Notes under the pieces: model-generated
Databases searched by the model: none
Seen by the model: only the letters and a program-made list of their open reading frames with translations
What the model was told of the DNA's origin: nothing
Made by a program: the position numbers and the translations under genes
In this document: positions 23,009-32,554 of the stretch, piece by piece
How positions within the stretch are numbered: position 1 is the stretch's first letter
How the letters are laid out: the number at the start of each line of letters is the position of its first letter
Virus record (IMG/VR): IMGVR_UViG_3300048670_001179
Span: 1-36,386 of that record
From: a virus
Lineage: Duplodnaviria > Caudoviricetes
Strand: one strand, 5' to 3'
Length of the DNA stretch: 36,386 nucleotides

Positions 23009-23808
23009 CCACTGGCGCATTGATATTTGCGTTCAACAACGAACATACTGATTATGTGGCTATGGCTGCTTGGAGTGCTGACCGTATCCGTAGACATCTT
23101 GATATACCAGTAGCAGTGATCACAGATTGCACAGATCCATCACGACTTGCCAAGTTTGATCATGTGATCGCAGCAGATCCAGTTGCAGGCGGTACAAGGT
23201 ATTTTGATGACTATAAAGAAACTGTGACCTGGTACAATGCTGGGCGAACTGATGCATACAGTTTGACTCCGTGGAACCGGACCCTGTTGCTTGATGCTGA
23301 CTATGTTGTTTGTAGCAATGAATTAAAATATCTGCTGAATGTGCCACAAGAATTCATGTGTCATCGCTTGGCCTGGGACATAACTTCACAGGAAGATTTT
23401 GACGGATTGAATCGTTTTGGGAATCATAAATTTCCCATGTGGTGGGCCACAGTGATCATGTTCCAGCAGGGCAACACAGCACAGTATATCTTTGATTGTA
23501 TGACCATGGTGAGAAACAACTGGAAACACTATCGAGATCTATATCATATCACCGGAAGTCACTATCGCAATGACTATGCACTCAGCATCGCCTTGGGCAT
23601 AGTAAGCGGACACACATTAAAAGTAGATGACATTCCTTGGAGTCTAGTGAGTGTACTACCCCAACATGAAGTCACACAGATTGATAAGGATCACTTTGAG
23701 ATCAAGTATCTGGATCAAAGCAAGCCGAAAAAGATGGACTGGCACAGCATGGACTTTCACGCCATGGGCAAAAAACATCTAGGAGACATCGTTGCCAATA
23801 CAGTGTGA
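23005..23808 (+). CDS. Putative glycosyltransferase, GT-A fold (GT8-like)
   Basis: N-terminal GALIFAFNN..DYVAMAAWSA..IRRH..IPVAVITD; LTPWNRTLLLDADY with a DxD motif; RNDYALSIA; late FHAMGK. Confidence 0.65.
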   Translation: MTTGALIFAFNNEHTDYVAMAAWSADRIRRHLDIPVAVITDCTDPSRLAKFDHVIAADPVAGGTRYFDDYKETVTWYNAGRTDAYSLTPWNRTLLLDADYVVCSNELKYLLNVPQEFMCHRLAWDITSQEDFDGLNRFGNHKFPMWWATVIMFQQGNTAQYIFDCMTMVRNNWKHYRDLYHITGSHYRNDYALSIALGIVSGHTLKVDDIPWSLVSVLPQHEVTQIDKDHFEIKYLDQSKPKKMDWHSMDFHAMGKKHLGDIVANTV

Positions 23809-24562
23809 ACGTGGCTATCTAGTGGTGGCACAGAACGTTGGTACCATTGACTATGTTGCCTGTGCAATTCAACTGGCTCAATCAATCCGACGATTTCATC
23901 CTGATGCCAAGATTGCTTTATTAACTGATTCAACAGACAAATCTGATACATTTGACTACCATGTGAATTTCACACATCTACTCAGTGATAATCCGTATGC
24001 CAATGATTGGCAAGTGTTTGGAGCCAGCCCATTTAGACAGACCATTAAACTAGAAGCAGACATGATCATCGCCAGCGAAATAGATCATTGGTGGACCATG
24101 CTGGAACACAGAGATGTGGTGATATCTACTGGTGCAAGGAACTTTTATGATCAACCGGCTACCAGCAGATTCTATAGAAAAGTATTTGACACAAACAACT
24201 TGCCTGATGTGTACAATGCCATAACATACTGGAGATTGAGTCCAACGGCACAACAGTTTTTTGGTCTGGTACGCAGGATATTTGAACACTGGGAGGAATA
24301 CCGAACCTTGTTGAAGTTTCCGGATGAAACGCCATCCACAGATCTGGTGTATGCCATGGCAGCACAGATCATTGGACCAGAACTTGTGATCATGCCATTT
24401 GCCGCATATCCTCGCATTGTGCATATGAAACGCCACATGATCCCCACACATTCTGAAGACTGGACACAAGAACTCACATGGGAAACCAATCCTTTAAGAA
24501 TCAACACGGTGGCACAGTGGGGCGCAGTACATTACCATGTAAAGGATTGGCGGCATGACTGA
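23792..24562 (+). CDS. Putative glycosyltransferase, GT-A fold (GT8-like), ExD variant, TTG start
   Basis: AGGAG SD before TTG; GYLVVAQN..DYVACAIQLAQSIRRFHP..IALLTD; SPFRQTIKLEADM; paralogous to the preceding gene. Confidence 0.62.
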   Translation: MPIQCERGYLVVAQNVGTIDYVACAIQLAQSIRRFHPDAKIALLTDSTDKSDTFDYHVNFTHLLSDNPYANDWQVFGASPFRQTIKLEADMIIASEIDHWWTMLEHRDVVISTGARNFYDQPATSRFYRKVFDTNNLPDVYNAITYWRLSPTAQQFFGLVRRIFEHWEEYRTLLKFPDETPSTDLVYAMAAQIIGPELVIMPFAAYPRIVHMKRHMIPTHSEDWTQELTWETNPLRINTVAQWGAVHYHVKDWRHD

Positions 24563-24899
24563 ACAAGAATTTTTGGAGTTTTGGAACAGTTACCAATGGA
24601 CAGATCCAAAACCTGTGCATTACAGGTTGTATTATGATGACGCTGGATTGCCACGGTTTTATAGTCATGAAGATTTACCCGGTAAGTATATTGATGTTAC
24701 ACCTGATCAGTTTGCTTTACAGGATTGGTCTGTAAAGGTGATTGATGAGAAACTGATCAGGCAAAGAACCGCCAGGATGACCAAAATTGTTCCTGCCACA
24801 TCGGGTACACTTTGTCATCCCGCTGATGTCTCTGTAATAGTGGTCAATCAACCAGGACAATATTGGAAGAAAACAGAAAATGTCGTTGAAACAAATTGA
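24555..24899 (+). CDS. Hypothetical protein (114 aa)
   Basis: Overlaps both neighbours in the operon; no recognisable motif. Confidence 0.65.
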   Translation: MTEQEFLEFWNSYQWTDPKPVHYRLYYDDAGLPRFYSHEDLPGKYIDVTPDQFALQDWSVKVIDEKLIRQRTARMTKIVPATSGTLCHPADVSVIVVNQPGQYWKKTENVVETN

Positions 24900-25812
24900 T
24901 GTAGCAGATCTCGACTGTGTATACCTCAGCTATGACGAACCAGCTAAAGAAGAGTTCTGGGTCAAGATACGTAACATGATTCCCTGGGCCACTAGAGTAG
25001 ATGGAGTTCGAGGATCAGACGCGGCACACAAGGCCGCAGCCGACGCCAGTACCACTGAGCGTTTTATCCTGATAGATGGTGACAATCTTCCCGACCCTGA
25101 ATTTTTCAATCAAACACTAATATTCCCTACAGAACAACACGAGCAAGCAGTATTCCGGTGGCGTGCTAGAAATCATGTGAATGGGCTCATGTACGGCAAC
25201 GGTGGATTGAGTTCCTGGACCAGGACCTATGTGCAGAACATGCACACACATGAGAACACAGATGGACGTACAGAAACCCAGGTGGAGTTTTGCTTTGATC
25301 CGTTGTATTGGGCCATGCACGATTGCTATTCGACCACGTATCCCAATGGATCGGCATTTCATGCGTGGCGTGCAGGATTCAGAGAAGGTGTGAAAATGTG
25401 CCTGGATCGTGGCCGCAGACCCACAGTGACTGAATTCCAGACCCGTGTGCATCAACACAATCTCGACCATCTCACCATCTGGCACAATGTAGGTGCAGAT
25501 GCGGAGTATGGATACTGGGCTATGGCAGGCGCACGGCAAGGCACTTACATGACCATGCTTACCAACTGGGATTACCTGCAGGTACAAAACTTTGATGCTC
25601 TGGCAGAAATTTGGCAAACAGTCAAGGACCAGCAGCCGGAGCATGTGAGCAACAACATTGCCAACGAATTGCACTCACAATTAGATCTGCCCATGCACAT
25701 GCTCACAGTGGAAGCCAGTGTATTTTTTAAACATCATTATCGTAGCAACTGGCGTAACCACGGTGTCATGGTTCGAGAAGTAGATGTCATTAGGACTCAA
25801 GAAGGTTGGTGA
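24880..25812 (+). CDS. Putative nucleotide-diphospho-sugar transferase (GT-A-like)
   Basis: CVYLSYDEP..RVDGVRGSDAAHKAAA..STTERFILIDGDN follows the GT2-like helix-strand-DxD pattern; YGNGG and AWRAGFREGVK downstream. Confidence 0.55.
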   Translation: MSLKQIDVADLDCVYLSYDEPAKEEFWVKIRNMIPWATRVDGVRGSDAAHKAAADASTTERFILIDGDNLPDPEFFNQTLIFPTEQHEQAVFRWRARNHVNGLMYGNGGLSSWTRTYVQNMHTHENTDGRTETQVEFCFDPLYWAMHDCYSTTYPNGSAFHAWRAGFREGVKMCLDRGRRPTVTEFQTRVHQHNLDHLTIWHNVGADAEYGYWAMAGARQGTYMTMLTNWDYLQVQNFDALAEIWQTVKDQQPEHVSNNIANELHSQLDLPMHMLTVEASVFFKHHYRSNWRNHGVMVREVDVIRTQEGW

Positions 25813-26750
25813 TGTTTATAATAAGTGGTGTCAATGACAAATTTTGGAATCAAGTTGAGTTCATTGAATATCTTGTTGCTAATCAACATAAAATTGTCGA
25901 ACTTCGCATAGTGTCCGAAGCCATTGATTTAGAGAACATTGGAGTATATAGACTACTGGATCTTTTTAAATTTGAACAAGTGATTATTCACACTTGGAAT
26001 CCACTAGAAAAACATAATCAATATGAAATCAGATTTGCAAATACTACATTTTGGTTTCAAAGAACTGCTGACATAGATGCGGTGTTACATGAATGGACAC
26101 AGGAAAAACTTTTTTTGTGTATGTATCACAGGCCCACCGCTGGACGATTGGCACTGGCCGGGCATCTCAATGAGAAATATTCCAAACAAAGCGTTATTCA
26201 TTTCTCGTTTGATACAAATGATAATTCGATTACGCAATTTGAATTTGACAAACTACTTTCTTATGACATAAACAGTGTAGTGCCCGCAGCAAACCTATTA
26301 CAATCTCTTCCTATCCTACAGTCCAGTAGAGATCATCATACAAAATTCAAAGGATATGATTATACTGATCCATTGACTGCATTATACAAAAATATATTGA
26401 TAGATGTAGTAGTAGAAACACATGTATTGGGAACAACCTTTTTTCCTACTGAAAAAACTACCCGACCTATCTTGTTAAAAAAACCTTTTATAGTATTTGC
26501 GTCTAGAGATTACATGGCATATTTGAGACAGATGGGATTCCGGACATTTCACGATTTTTGGGACGAGGATTATGATGGATTTGAAACTAGAGATAGACTA
26601 TTAAGAATTTATCAGGTCATACAGAACATAGTATCTCGGCCTAAGGAGGAATTGGCAGATATGTACCGGCGTATGCAGCCCATTCTTGACCACAATCACA
26701 ATCTTCTGATAACTCAGAGCTATAGTAACACCATATCAAAAATATCATGA
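25812..26750 (+). CDS. Putative glycosyltransferase with GT10 (fucosyltransferase)-like C-terminal motif; AT-rich gene
   Basis: Start placed at ATG 25812 (TGATG overlap). DVVVET..FFPTEKTTRPILLKKPFIV..LRQMGFRTF..WDEDYD resembles the GT10 E-N..Y.TEK..P motif; the family call is tentative. Confidence 0.5.
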   Translation: MFIISGVNDKFWNQVEFIEYLVANQHKIVELRIVSEAIDLENIGVYRLLDLFKFEQVIIHTWNPLEKHNQYEIRFANTTFWFQRTADIDAVLHEWTQEKLFLCMYHRPTAGRLALAGHLNEKYSKQSVIHFSFDTNDNSITQFEFDKLLSYDINSVVPAANLLQSLPILQSSRDHHTKFKGYDYTDPLTALYKNILIDVVVETHVLGTTFFPTEKTTRPILLKKPFIVFASRDYMAYLRQMGFRTFHDFWDEDYDGFETRDRLLRIYQVIQNIVSRPKEELADMYRRMQPILDHNHNLLITQSYSNTISKIS

Positions 26751-28114
26751 GCAAAAGCGATTTTTTGTCCAGAGCCGAGCAGATGAAAGATACTCTTGGA
26801 CCGGCATTGTGCTTGGCCAAATGGAAACAGGTCAGCTTGCATCTTACCACTGGATTAAATAACTCCTGCTATCATCCGCCATTGCACTCAATAGATTCTG
26901 CTGAAATAGCTATCAATCCAGCTGCCCTACATAACACCCAGCATAAAAAAGCACAGCGAACGATAATGCTACAGCAACAGCGACCCGCTGAATGCAGTTA
27001 CTGTTGGAACATGGAAGATCTAGGTCGGCTGAGTGATCGGCACTATAGATCAGGCGAGCCCTGGGCTGCTGTAGATTTTGAACAGATTAAAAATTCAACA
27101 GGAGATGAAGATGTTGTTCCTAGTTATGTTGAAGTCAATTTCAATCATGCTTGCAATCTGCGGTGCAGCTATTGCAGCCCTCAGTTTAGTAGTTCATGGG
27201 CAGACGAAGTGTCTAGACTTGGTGCATATCCTACCCTGGTGCCTCATAATGCTCCTGAGCATTTCACTGGGAGCCGTCGCCCTATACCTGCCCGCGAACA
27301 CAATCCTTATGTAGAAGCATTCTGGGCGTGGTGGCCCACACTATATCCTGAGCTCAAACACTTTCGTATGACCGGTGGCGAGCCACTGATGGATCGGAAC
27401 ACCTATCGAGTGTTCGACTATGTGTTAGATCATCCCAAGAGTGACTTGCACCTAGCAGTCACATCAAACTTCAGTGTGGAGTCTGAACTATCCAGCAAAT
27501 ACTTTGATTATGTGAAACGCTTGTGCGACACTGATATTGAACACTTCATGCAATATGTGAGTGTTGACTCAGGCATAGGGCCGCAAGCAGAGTACATACG
27601 ACATGGATTGGACTTTAACCGCTTACAGAATAATGTGGAAACATATCTTGCGGACATTCCATATCGCAACAGTCTCACATTCATTGTGACAATGAACAAT
27701 CTCTCAGTCACAGGGTTCCTACCATTGATGAAATGGATATTGGATCTGCGTACAAAACACAGCAAAACATATCAGCGTGTGTGGTTTGATACTCCTGTAC
27801 TGCGTCAGCCTGCCTGGCAAAGTCTACAGACCTTGGGAGAAAGCTATGCTGTGAAACTAGAACAAGCACGAGACTTTATGGTGAAGAATCTTGAAACTAA
27901 ATCAGACCCATTCCATGGATTCAAGGACTACGAAGTTCAGCGACTCGAGCGTGATATAGCCTGGATGCGATCAACGATAAATGTAAGTACACGAGACTTG
28001 GCTGATTTTTATAGATTTTTCTCGGAGCACGATCGTCGCCGAGGCACAGATTTTGAGGCAACATTCCCAGAGATGATCACCTGGTGGCGACAGTGTAGTC
28101 TACATGCTAGATAA
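26747..28114 (+). CDS. Radical SAM protein with N-terminal twitch/SPASM-like domain (subfamily A)
   Basis: CNLRCSYC at 27152-27175; TGGEPLM; N-terminal CLAKW..SCYH..CSYCW. Confidence 0.9.
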   Translation: MSKSDFLSRAEQMKDTLGPALCLAKWKQVSLHLTTGLNNSCYHPPLHSIDSAEIAINPAALHNTQHKKAQRTIMLQQQRPAECSYCWNMEDLGRLSDRHYRSGEPWAAVDFEQIKNSTGDEDVVPSYVEVNFNHACNLRCSYCSPQFSSSWADEVSRLGAYPTLVPHNAPEHFTGSRRPIPAREHNPYVEAFWAWWPTLYPELKHFRMTGGEPLMDRNTYRVFDYVLDHPKSDLHLAVTSNFSVESELSSKYFDYVKRLCDTDIEHFMQYVSVDSGIGPQAEYIRHGLDFNRLQNNVETYLADIPYRNSLTFIVTMNNLSVTGFLPLMKWILDLRTKHSKTYQRVWFDTPVLRQPAWQSLQTLGESYAVKLEQARDFMVKNLETKSDPFHGFKDYEVQRLERDIAWMRSTINVSTRDLADFYRFFSEHDRRRGTDFEATFPEMITWWRQCSLHAR

Positions 28115-29213
28115 ACGAAGAATCATCTGCGATACATCTTGTGAAATCTACTCAGAAATAAAACATCTAGTAGATAATTCATTTTGGGAGTTTGACCAAC
28201 CGCAGGCAAACTCGATCACGATATTTGCTCGGCAAACAGTAAACCGTCACTACGAAAAAATAAAAGAACTAGCATCGTCTGGATTCTTTCTACCGGTGTT
28301 GGCCAATCCCAGTGAAGGATCCATAGTCTTAAAACTTCAATGCCAACGACTGGGATTACTAGATCTAGTTACACAAAAGAAGATGTTGTTAGTAGGGTGT
28401 GGTGAAATGGAACCTGATCTCAATTGCTTGATGTATGATTGTTATATCAATCGCGTGATCGGATATGAACAAAATATTGAACAATCCAGTCGGGCAGATG
28501 AAATATACAGCAAGATAAACAAACCCTACAAATTTTTGTTCTTGAATGGTCGCACACGCCCTCATAGAAAATACATGATAGAAAAGATGCGTGATGCCAA
28601 TTTGTTAGAACATGCACTTTGGACCAATCTTGACACCACACCGGTGTATCATCACACATACAATACCGATCTATTCTCTCGTGAATCCGTCATACACTTG
28701 TTGCCAGAACAATATGAAGTAGAAAGATATCACTCAAACATCCAGAATCAATTTGAGCAGTCGTTTGTCAAGCATGAACTGTTCAACAACCAATGGGGTG
28801 ATGTATACATCCGTGCCGAACCTTACATTGATACCTATTTCAGTTTAGTCACAGAAACTGTGTTTGATTACCCGTATAGTCTACGCAGCGAAAAGATCTA
28901 CAAACCCATGGCCATGGGACATCCGTTTGTGGCAGTGGCCAATCGCGGATTCTATAGAGATCTACGCAACACAGGATTCCAGACCTATCACAATCTCATT
29001 GACGAATCGTTTGATCTCATAGACAACAATCAAGACCGATTGGACCGGATAGCCCATGTGGTCCAAGATCTGTGTGCCAGTGATTTAGATGATTTTCTGG
29101 TCGCGGCCCAGGCAATAAGTAAGTATAATCAACAGCATATGGCGGCGTTGGGTCCTAGGATCCGGCAGGAGTTTCCTGACCGCTTTTGGCGATTCCTACA
29201 ACAACATCAATGA
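28104..29213 (+). CDS. Putative glycosyltransferase with GT10-like C-terminal motif, paralog of 25812-26750
   Basis: FLFLNGRTRPHR; FSLVTET..RSEKIYKPMAMGHPFV..LRNTGFQTY..IDESFD..RL. Confidence 0.5.
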   Translation: MLDKRRIICDTSCEIYSEIKHLVDNSFWEFDQPQANSITIFARQTVNRHYEKIKELASSGFFLPVLANPSEGSIVLKLQCQRLGLLDLVTQKKMLLVGCGEMEPDLNCLMYDCYINRVIGYEQNIEQSSRADEIYSKINKPYKFLFLNGRTRPHRKYMIEKMRDANLLEHALWTNLDTTPVYHHTYNTDLFSRESVIHLLPEQYEVERYHSNIQNQFEQSFVKHELFNNQWGDVYIRAEPYIDTYFSLVTETVFDYPYSLRSEKIYKPMAMGHPFVAVANRGFYRDLRNTGFQTYHNLIDESFDLIDNNQDRLDRIAHVVQDLCASDLDDFLVAAQAISKYNQQHMAALGPRIRQEFPDRFWRFLQQHQ

Positions 29214-30556
29214 CCGATCTAGAATTCAAGCAACAGGTGCTGGACACCAAGAGTGCAAGTTTTTGTGCAGCAAAATGGTACAACGCTACCATCTGGTTGG
29301 GTAGTGGCATGACCACAAGTTGCCATCACCCTCCGGCCCATTTGGTGGACATTGATAAAGTCCGGGCCAACCCTAGGCTGCTGCACAATACTGATCAGAA
29401 GAAAGAAGATCGTCGCAAGATGATTGCAGGCGAACGACCTAGTGGCTGTGAGTATTGCTGGAAGATCGAAGACATGGGTGTTGATGCTGTGAGCGACAGA
29501 GTATACAAGAGTAAGATTTATCCTATAGAGGCATTGAATGAAGCATTTGGAACTCCGGCAGACGCTGATGTTAATCTACGAACCCTTGAAATTGCATTTG
29601 ATCGCACTTGTCAATTTGCTTGTAGTTATTGCAACCCTGCTTTTAGTAGCACTTGGGTTCGAGATATACGAAAGAATGGACCTTACAACGGACTTGTTAG
29701 TGATGGTAGGAACCACTTTACTCACACTCACGACGCTAGCCAACTTTATAAATTCGGTGAAACTAATCCGTATGTGGAGGCATTCTTTGCATGGTGGGAG
29801 TCAGACCTACATCGCACCCTCCAAGAACTAAGGATCACCGGTGGCGAACCTCTAATGTCTGGAGAGACCTGGAAACTGATTGATTGGTTTCGAAACAACC
29901 CAGGACGCAGCCAAACAAGATTGGCCATCAATTCAAACCTAGGCACAGCAGTAGATCTGGATCGATTGCTTGCCAGCATTGATGGGTTAGAAGTGGACTT
30001 GTACACATCCAACGAAAGTATAGGACTGCAAGCCGAATATATACGTGATGGTTTGGTGTGGGATGACTGGGCCAACAATGTGGAACGCTTGTTAGACTCA
30101 AGAAAGTTCCGTGGCATACACATCATGAACACCATCAATGCATTGTGCCTGTATTCACTGGATCAGTTCTTGGAATGCATAATGAACTGGAAACGAGAAT
30201 ACGGCCGTGATGCTGTGAGTTTTACCTTGAACATCTTGCGATTCCCTAGCTTCCAATCACCTTTGGTGTTGCCCGACGAACTACGCACAGTATTTCGCCA
30301 GCGGTTAGAAGTGTGGCTGGACGCTTGGTGGGACAGTGAATTCTTGCATGAGCATGAACTTAATCATGTTCAACGCTTGATTGATTACTTGGACATAGTC
30401 AAGACTCCGCATTCAGAAGCATTTGACCGGCTCCGGTTGTTGAACGACTTCAAGCAGTTCTACACACAATATGATCAGCGTCGAGGCAAATGCTTTGATC
30501 TGGCATTTCCTGCACTGAAACCCTGGTATGAATCAATACAAATACAACAGCAGTGA
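29210..30556 (+). CDS. Radical SAM protein with N-terminal twitch/SPASM-like domain (subfamily A)
   Basis: Start placed at ATG 29210 (ATGA overlap). CQFACSYC at 29609-29632; TGGEPLM; N-terminal CAAKW..SCHH..CEYCW. Confidence 0.9.
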   Translation: MTDLEFKQQVLDTKSASFCAAKWYNATIWLGSGMTTSCHHPPAHLVDIDKVRANPRLLHNTDQKKEDRRKMIAGERPSGCEYCWKIEDMGVDAVSDRVYKSKIYPIEALNEAFGTPADADVNLRTLEIAFDRTCQFACSYCNPAFSSTWVRDIRKNGPYNGLVSDGRNHFTHTHDASQLYKFGETNPYVEAFFAWWESDLHRTLQELRITGGEPLMSGETWKLIDWFRNNPGRSQTRLAINSNLGTAVDLDRLLASIDGLEVDLYTSNESIGLQAEYIRDGLVWDDWANNVERLLDSRKFRGIHIMNTINALCLYSLDQFLECIMNWKREYGRDAVSFTLNILRFPSFQSPLVLPDELRTVFRQRLEVWLDAWWDSEFLHEHELNHVQRLIDYLDIVKTPHSEAFDRLRLLNDFKQFYTQYDQRRGKCFDLAFPALKPWYESIQIQQQ

Positions 30557-31787
30557 TCTAGTTCAACCTACTGAACTGTCGGAACGCGAACAATTTTTGC
30601 TCACGGACTCCAAGACCTTTTGTATCTATCCGTGGATACATCTACACGCTTACCCTACTGGAGAGGCATATCCATGCTGTCATGCTGAGATGAAATATCC
30701 AGTAGGGAATTGTAGATCCAACACACTTGAAGAGATATGGCGAGATCGTCCTATGCAACAACTACGTTCAGACATGTTGAGTGAAACTCCAAACGCTGCC
30801 TGCGGTCGTTGCTATGAGCAAGAACAATCAGGATTCTTTTCAGGACGTAAAAGTGCTAACAAGCATCATGGTCATCACATCAAAAAACTAGATGAGAATC
30901 CATTTGAGATGACCTACTGGGATATACGTTTCTCAAATCTCTGTAATCTCAAATGTCGCAGTTGCGGGCATATCTTCTCAAGCCAGTGGTATCAAGATCA
31001 GGCAAAACTAGCCGGCGGAGATTGGAAAGATCGTAACCAGGTATTAAACTACGCAGGTCGTACAGAAACGGACATGTGGGATCAATTGTTACCGCACATT
31101 GATTATGTAGAACAGATTTATTTTGCCGGAGGCGAACCTTTGCTCATGGAAGAACATTATCGTATCTTGGACGAACTTGTGCGCCGAGGTCGGACTGATG
31201 TGAGATTAATCTATAATACAAACTTCACACACACTGATTTAAAAGGTCGGAGCGTATTTGAGTATTGGAAATTATTTGATAGTGTAGCTGTGGGTGCTAG
31301 TCTTGATGGATCAGGTAAACATGGTGAATACATACGCAAAGGAACCGAATGGAAGCAAGTTGAGCAAAACAGGATTGAGATGTTGCAAGTATGTCCGCAA
31401 GTGGATTTCTATATCTCGCCCACTCTCAGTATAATGAATGCCTGGCATCTGCCGGATTTCCATCGTGATTGGGTCGAGCGTGGATTTATAAAACCTCAAG
31501 ATCTCAATGTGAACATACTGCAAGATCCTGCACATCTGAGGATTGATATCGCACCAATGAAGTACAAGCAACGTCTGCGGATAAAGTATCAAGAACATTT
31601 AGAATGGTTGCGCGGTAAAGATCCATTGCAACGTGCCATTATGGGATTTGAATCGGCTGTAAATTTTATGATGGCCACAGACAATACTCCGCTAATCGAT
31701 ACTTTCTGGCGCAAAACGCACGAACTTGATAGCATACGATCTGAATCATGGTCAGACATGATACCTGAATTACAAGCATTGAAATGA
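30528..31787 (+). CDS. Radical SAM protein with N-terminal twitch/SPASM-like domain (subfamily B)
   Basis: CNLKCRSC at 30942-30965; AGGEPL; YNTN; N-terminal CIYPW..GEAYPCC..VGN..LEEIW..CGRC. Confidence 0.92.
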   Translation: MNQYKYNSSDLVQPTELSEREQFLLTDSKTFCIYPWIHLHAYPTGEAYPCCHAEMKYPVGNCRSNTLEEIWRDRPMQQLRSDMLSETPNAACGRCYEQEQSGFFSGRKSANKHHGHHIKKLDENPFEMTYWDIRFSNLCNLKCRSCGHIFSSQWYQDQAKLAGGDWKDRNQVLNYAGRTETDMWDQLLPHIDYVEQIYFAGGEPLLMEEHYRILDELVRRGRTDVRLIYNTNFTHTDLKGRSVFEYWKLFDSVAVGASLDGSGKHGEYIRKGTEWKQVEQNRIEMLQVCPQVDFYISPTLSIMNAWHLPDFHRDWVERGFIKPQDLNVNILQDPAHLRIDIAPMKYKQRLRIKYQEHLEWLRGKDPLQRAIMGFESAVNFMMATDNTPLIDTFWRKTHELDSIRSESWSDMIPELQALK

Positions 31788-32554
31788 CACAAATACTAGA
31801 ATCAAACTATAAAAATCTGTTGGTGTCGGGATGTAGCTTTACTCATAACAATCATGAGACTCCATGCACCTGGGCTAACTCTTTTGCTGTGTGGGCCGGG
31901 ATGAGTATTACAAATCTTGCCATACCCGGTGCCGGAAATACTCATATCAAAAATAGTATCATACTATGGCTTGAACAAAACAAACCCAATCCCGACGATC
32001 TGTTGATTTTAATCATGTGGACTGGTGTTGAGAAAATTGATTGGATTACCGCTAAAGATCAGAGTAAATTCAGTGATCAGTATCCGTTCTCGTATGATTA
32101 TACCAATGAGTGTGAACTTGCACTGGGCGGTTCTTGGTGGGCTAGCACCCCTAAAACACATCTCACTAAAATCCTCAAAGAGTATTCTAAATACCAATGT
32201 AATCAGAGCCTTAGTCTATCTAGTTGGTTAGCAATGACCGAGCTGACTAATTATCTGAATCAGCATGGATACACCTATTATTATACTGCCTATCAAAATT
32301 TATGGCATGATGAGGATGGGGACAGGAATCAATGGATCAATTATGGTAGTGAATTAAAAAAAATGAATTTGGTTTTACCAATGACCAAATGGCTATTTAT
32401 AGAATCTGACAAGTTTTTAGGAAATTTTACAAAAACACATAATAAATTATGGAACGATGGGTTTCATCCATCAAGGGAAGGCTACGAACACTGGGTAACC
32501 GAAATTTTAGTTCCTGAGCTGATTGAGAAGAATGTGATTTGGAAAATGCAATGA
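31784..32554 (+). CDS. SGNH/GDSL-like hydrolase or acyltransferase; AT-rich gene
   Basis: Block I variant VSGCSFT, block II NLAIPGAGN, block V DGFHPS. Confidence 0.65.
   Translation: MTQILESNYKNLLVSGCSFTHNNHETPCTWANSFAVWAGMSITNLAIPGAGNTHIKNSIILWLEQNKPNPDDLLILIMWTGVEKIDWITAKDQSKFSDQYPFSYDYTNECELALGGSWWASTPKTHLTKILKEYSKYQCNQSLSLSSWLAMTELTNYLNQHGYTYYYTAYQNLWHDEDGDRNQWINYGSELKKMNLVLPMTKWLFIESDKFLGNFTKTHNKLWNDGFHPSREGYEHWVTEILVPELIEKNVIWKMQ

Noticed and set aside
19436-24899. Small ORFs (48, 101, 114 aa) as RiPP precursor peptides for the SPASM-like radical SAM enzymes
   Set aside because: No leader/core pattern, and no recognisable RRE/PqqD domain, peptidase or exporter in the window; the neighbours are sugar-related. 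Not fully excluded because the operon continues past the window.
25806-32550. ORF-track starts at 25806, 29186 and 32539
   Set aside because: These are upstream TTG codons; the ATGs at 25812, 29210 and 32551 give TGATG/ATGA coupling like the rest of the operon and are preferred.
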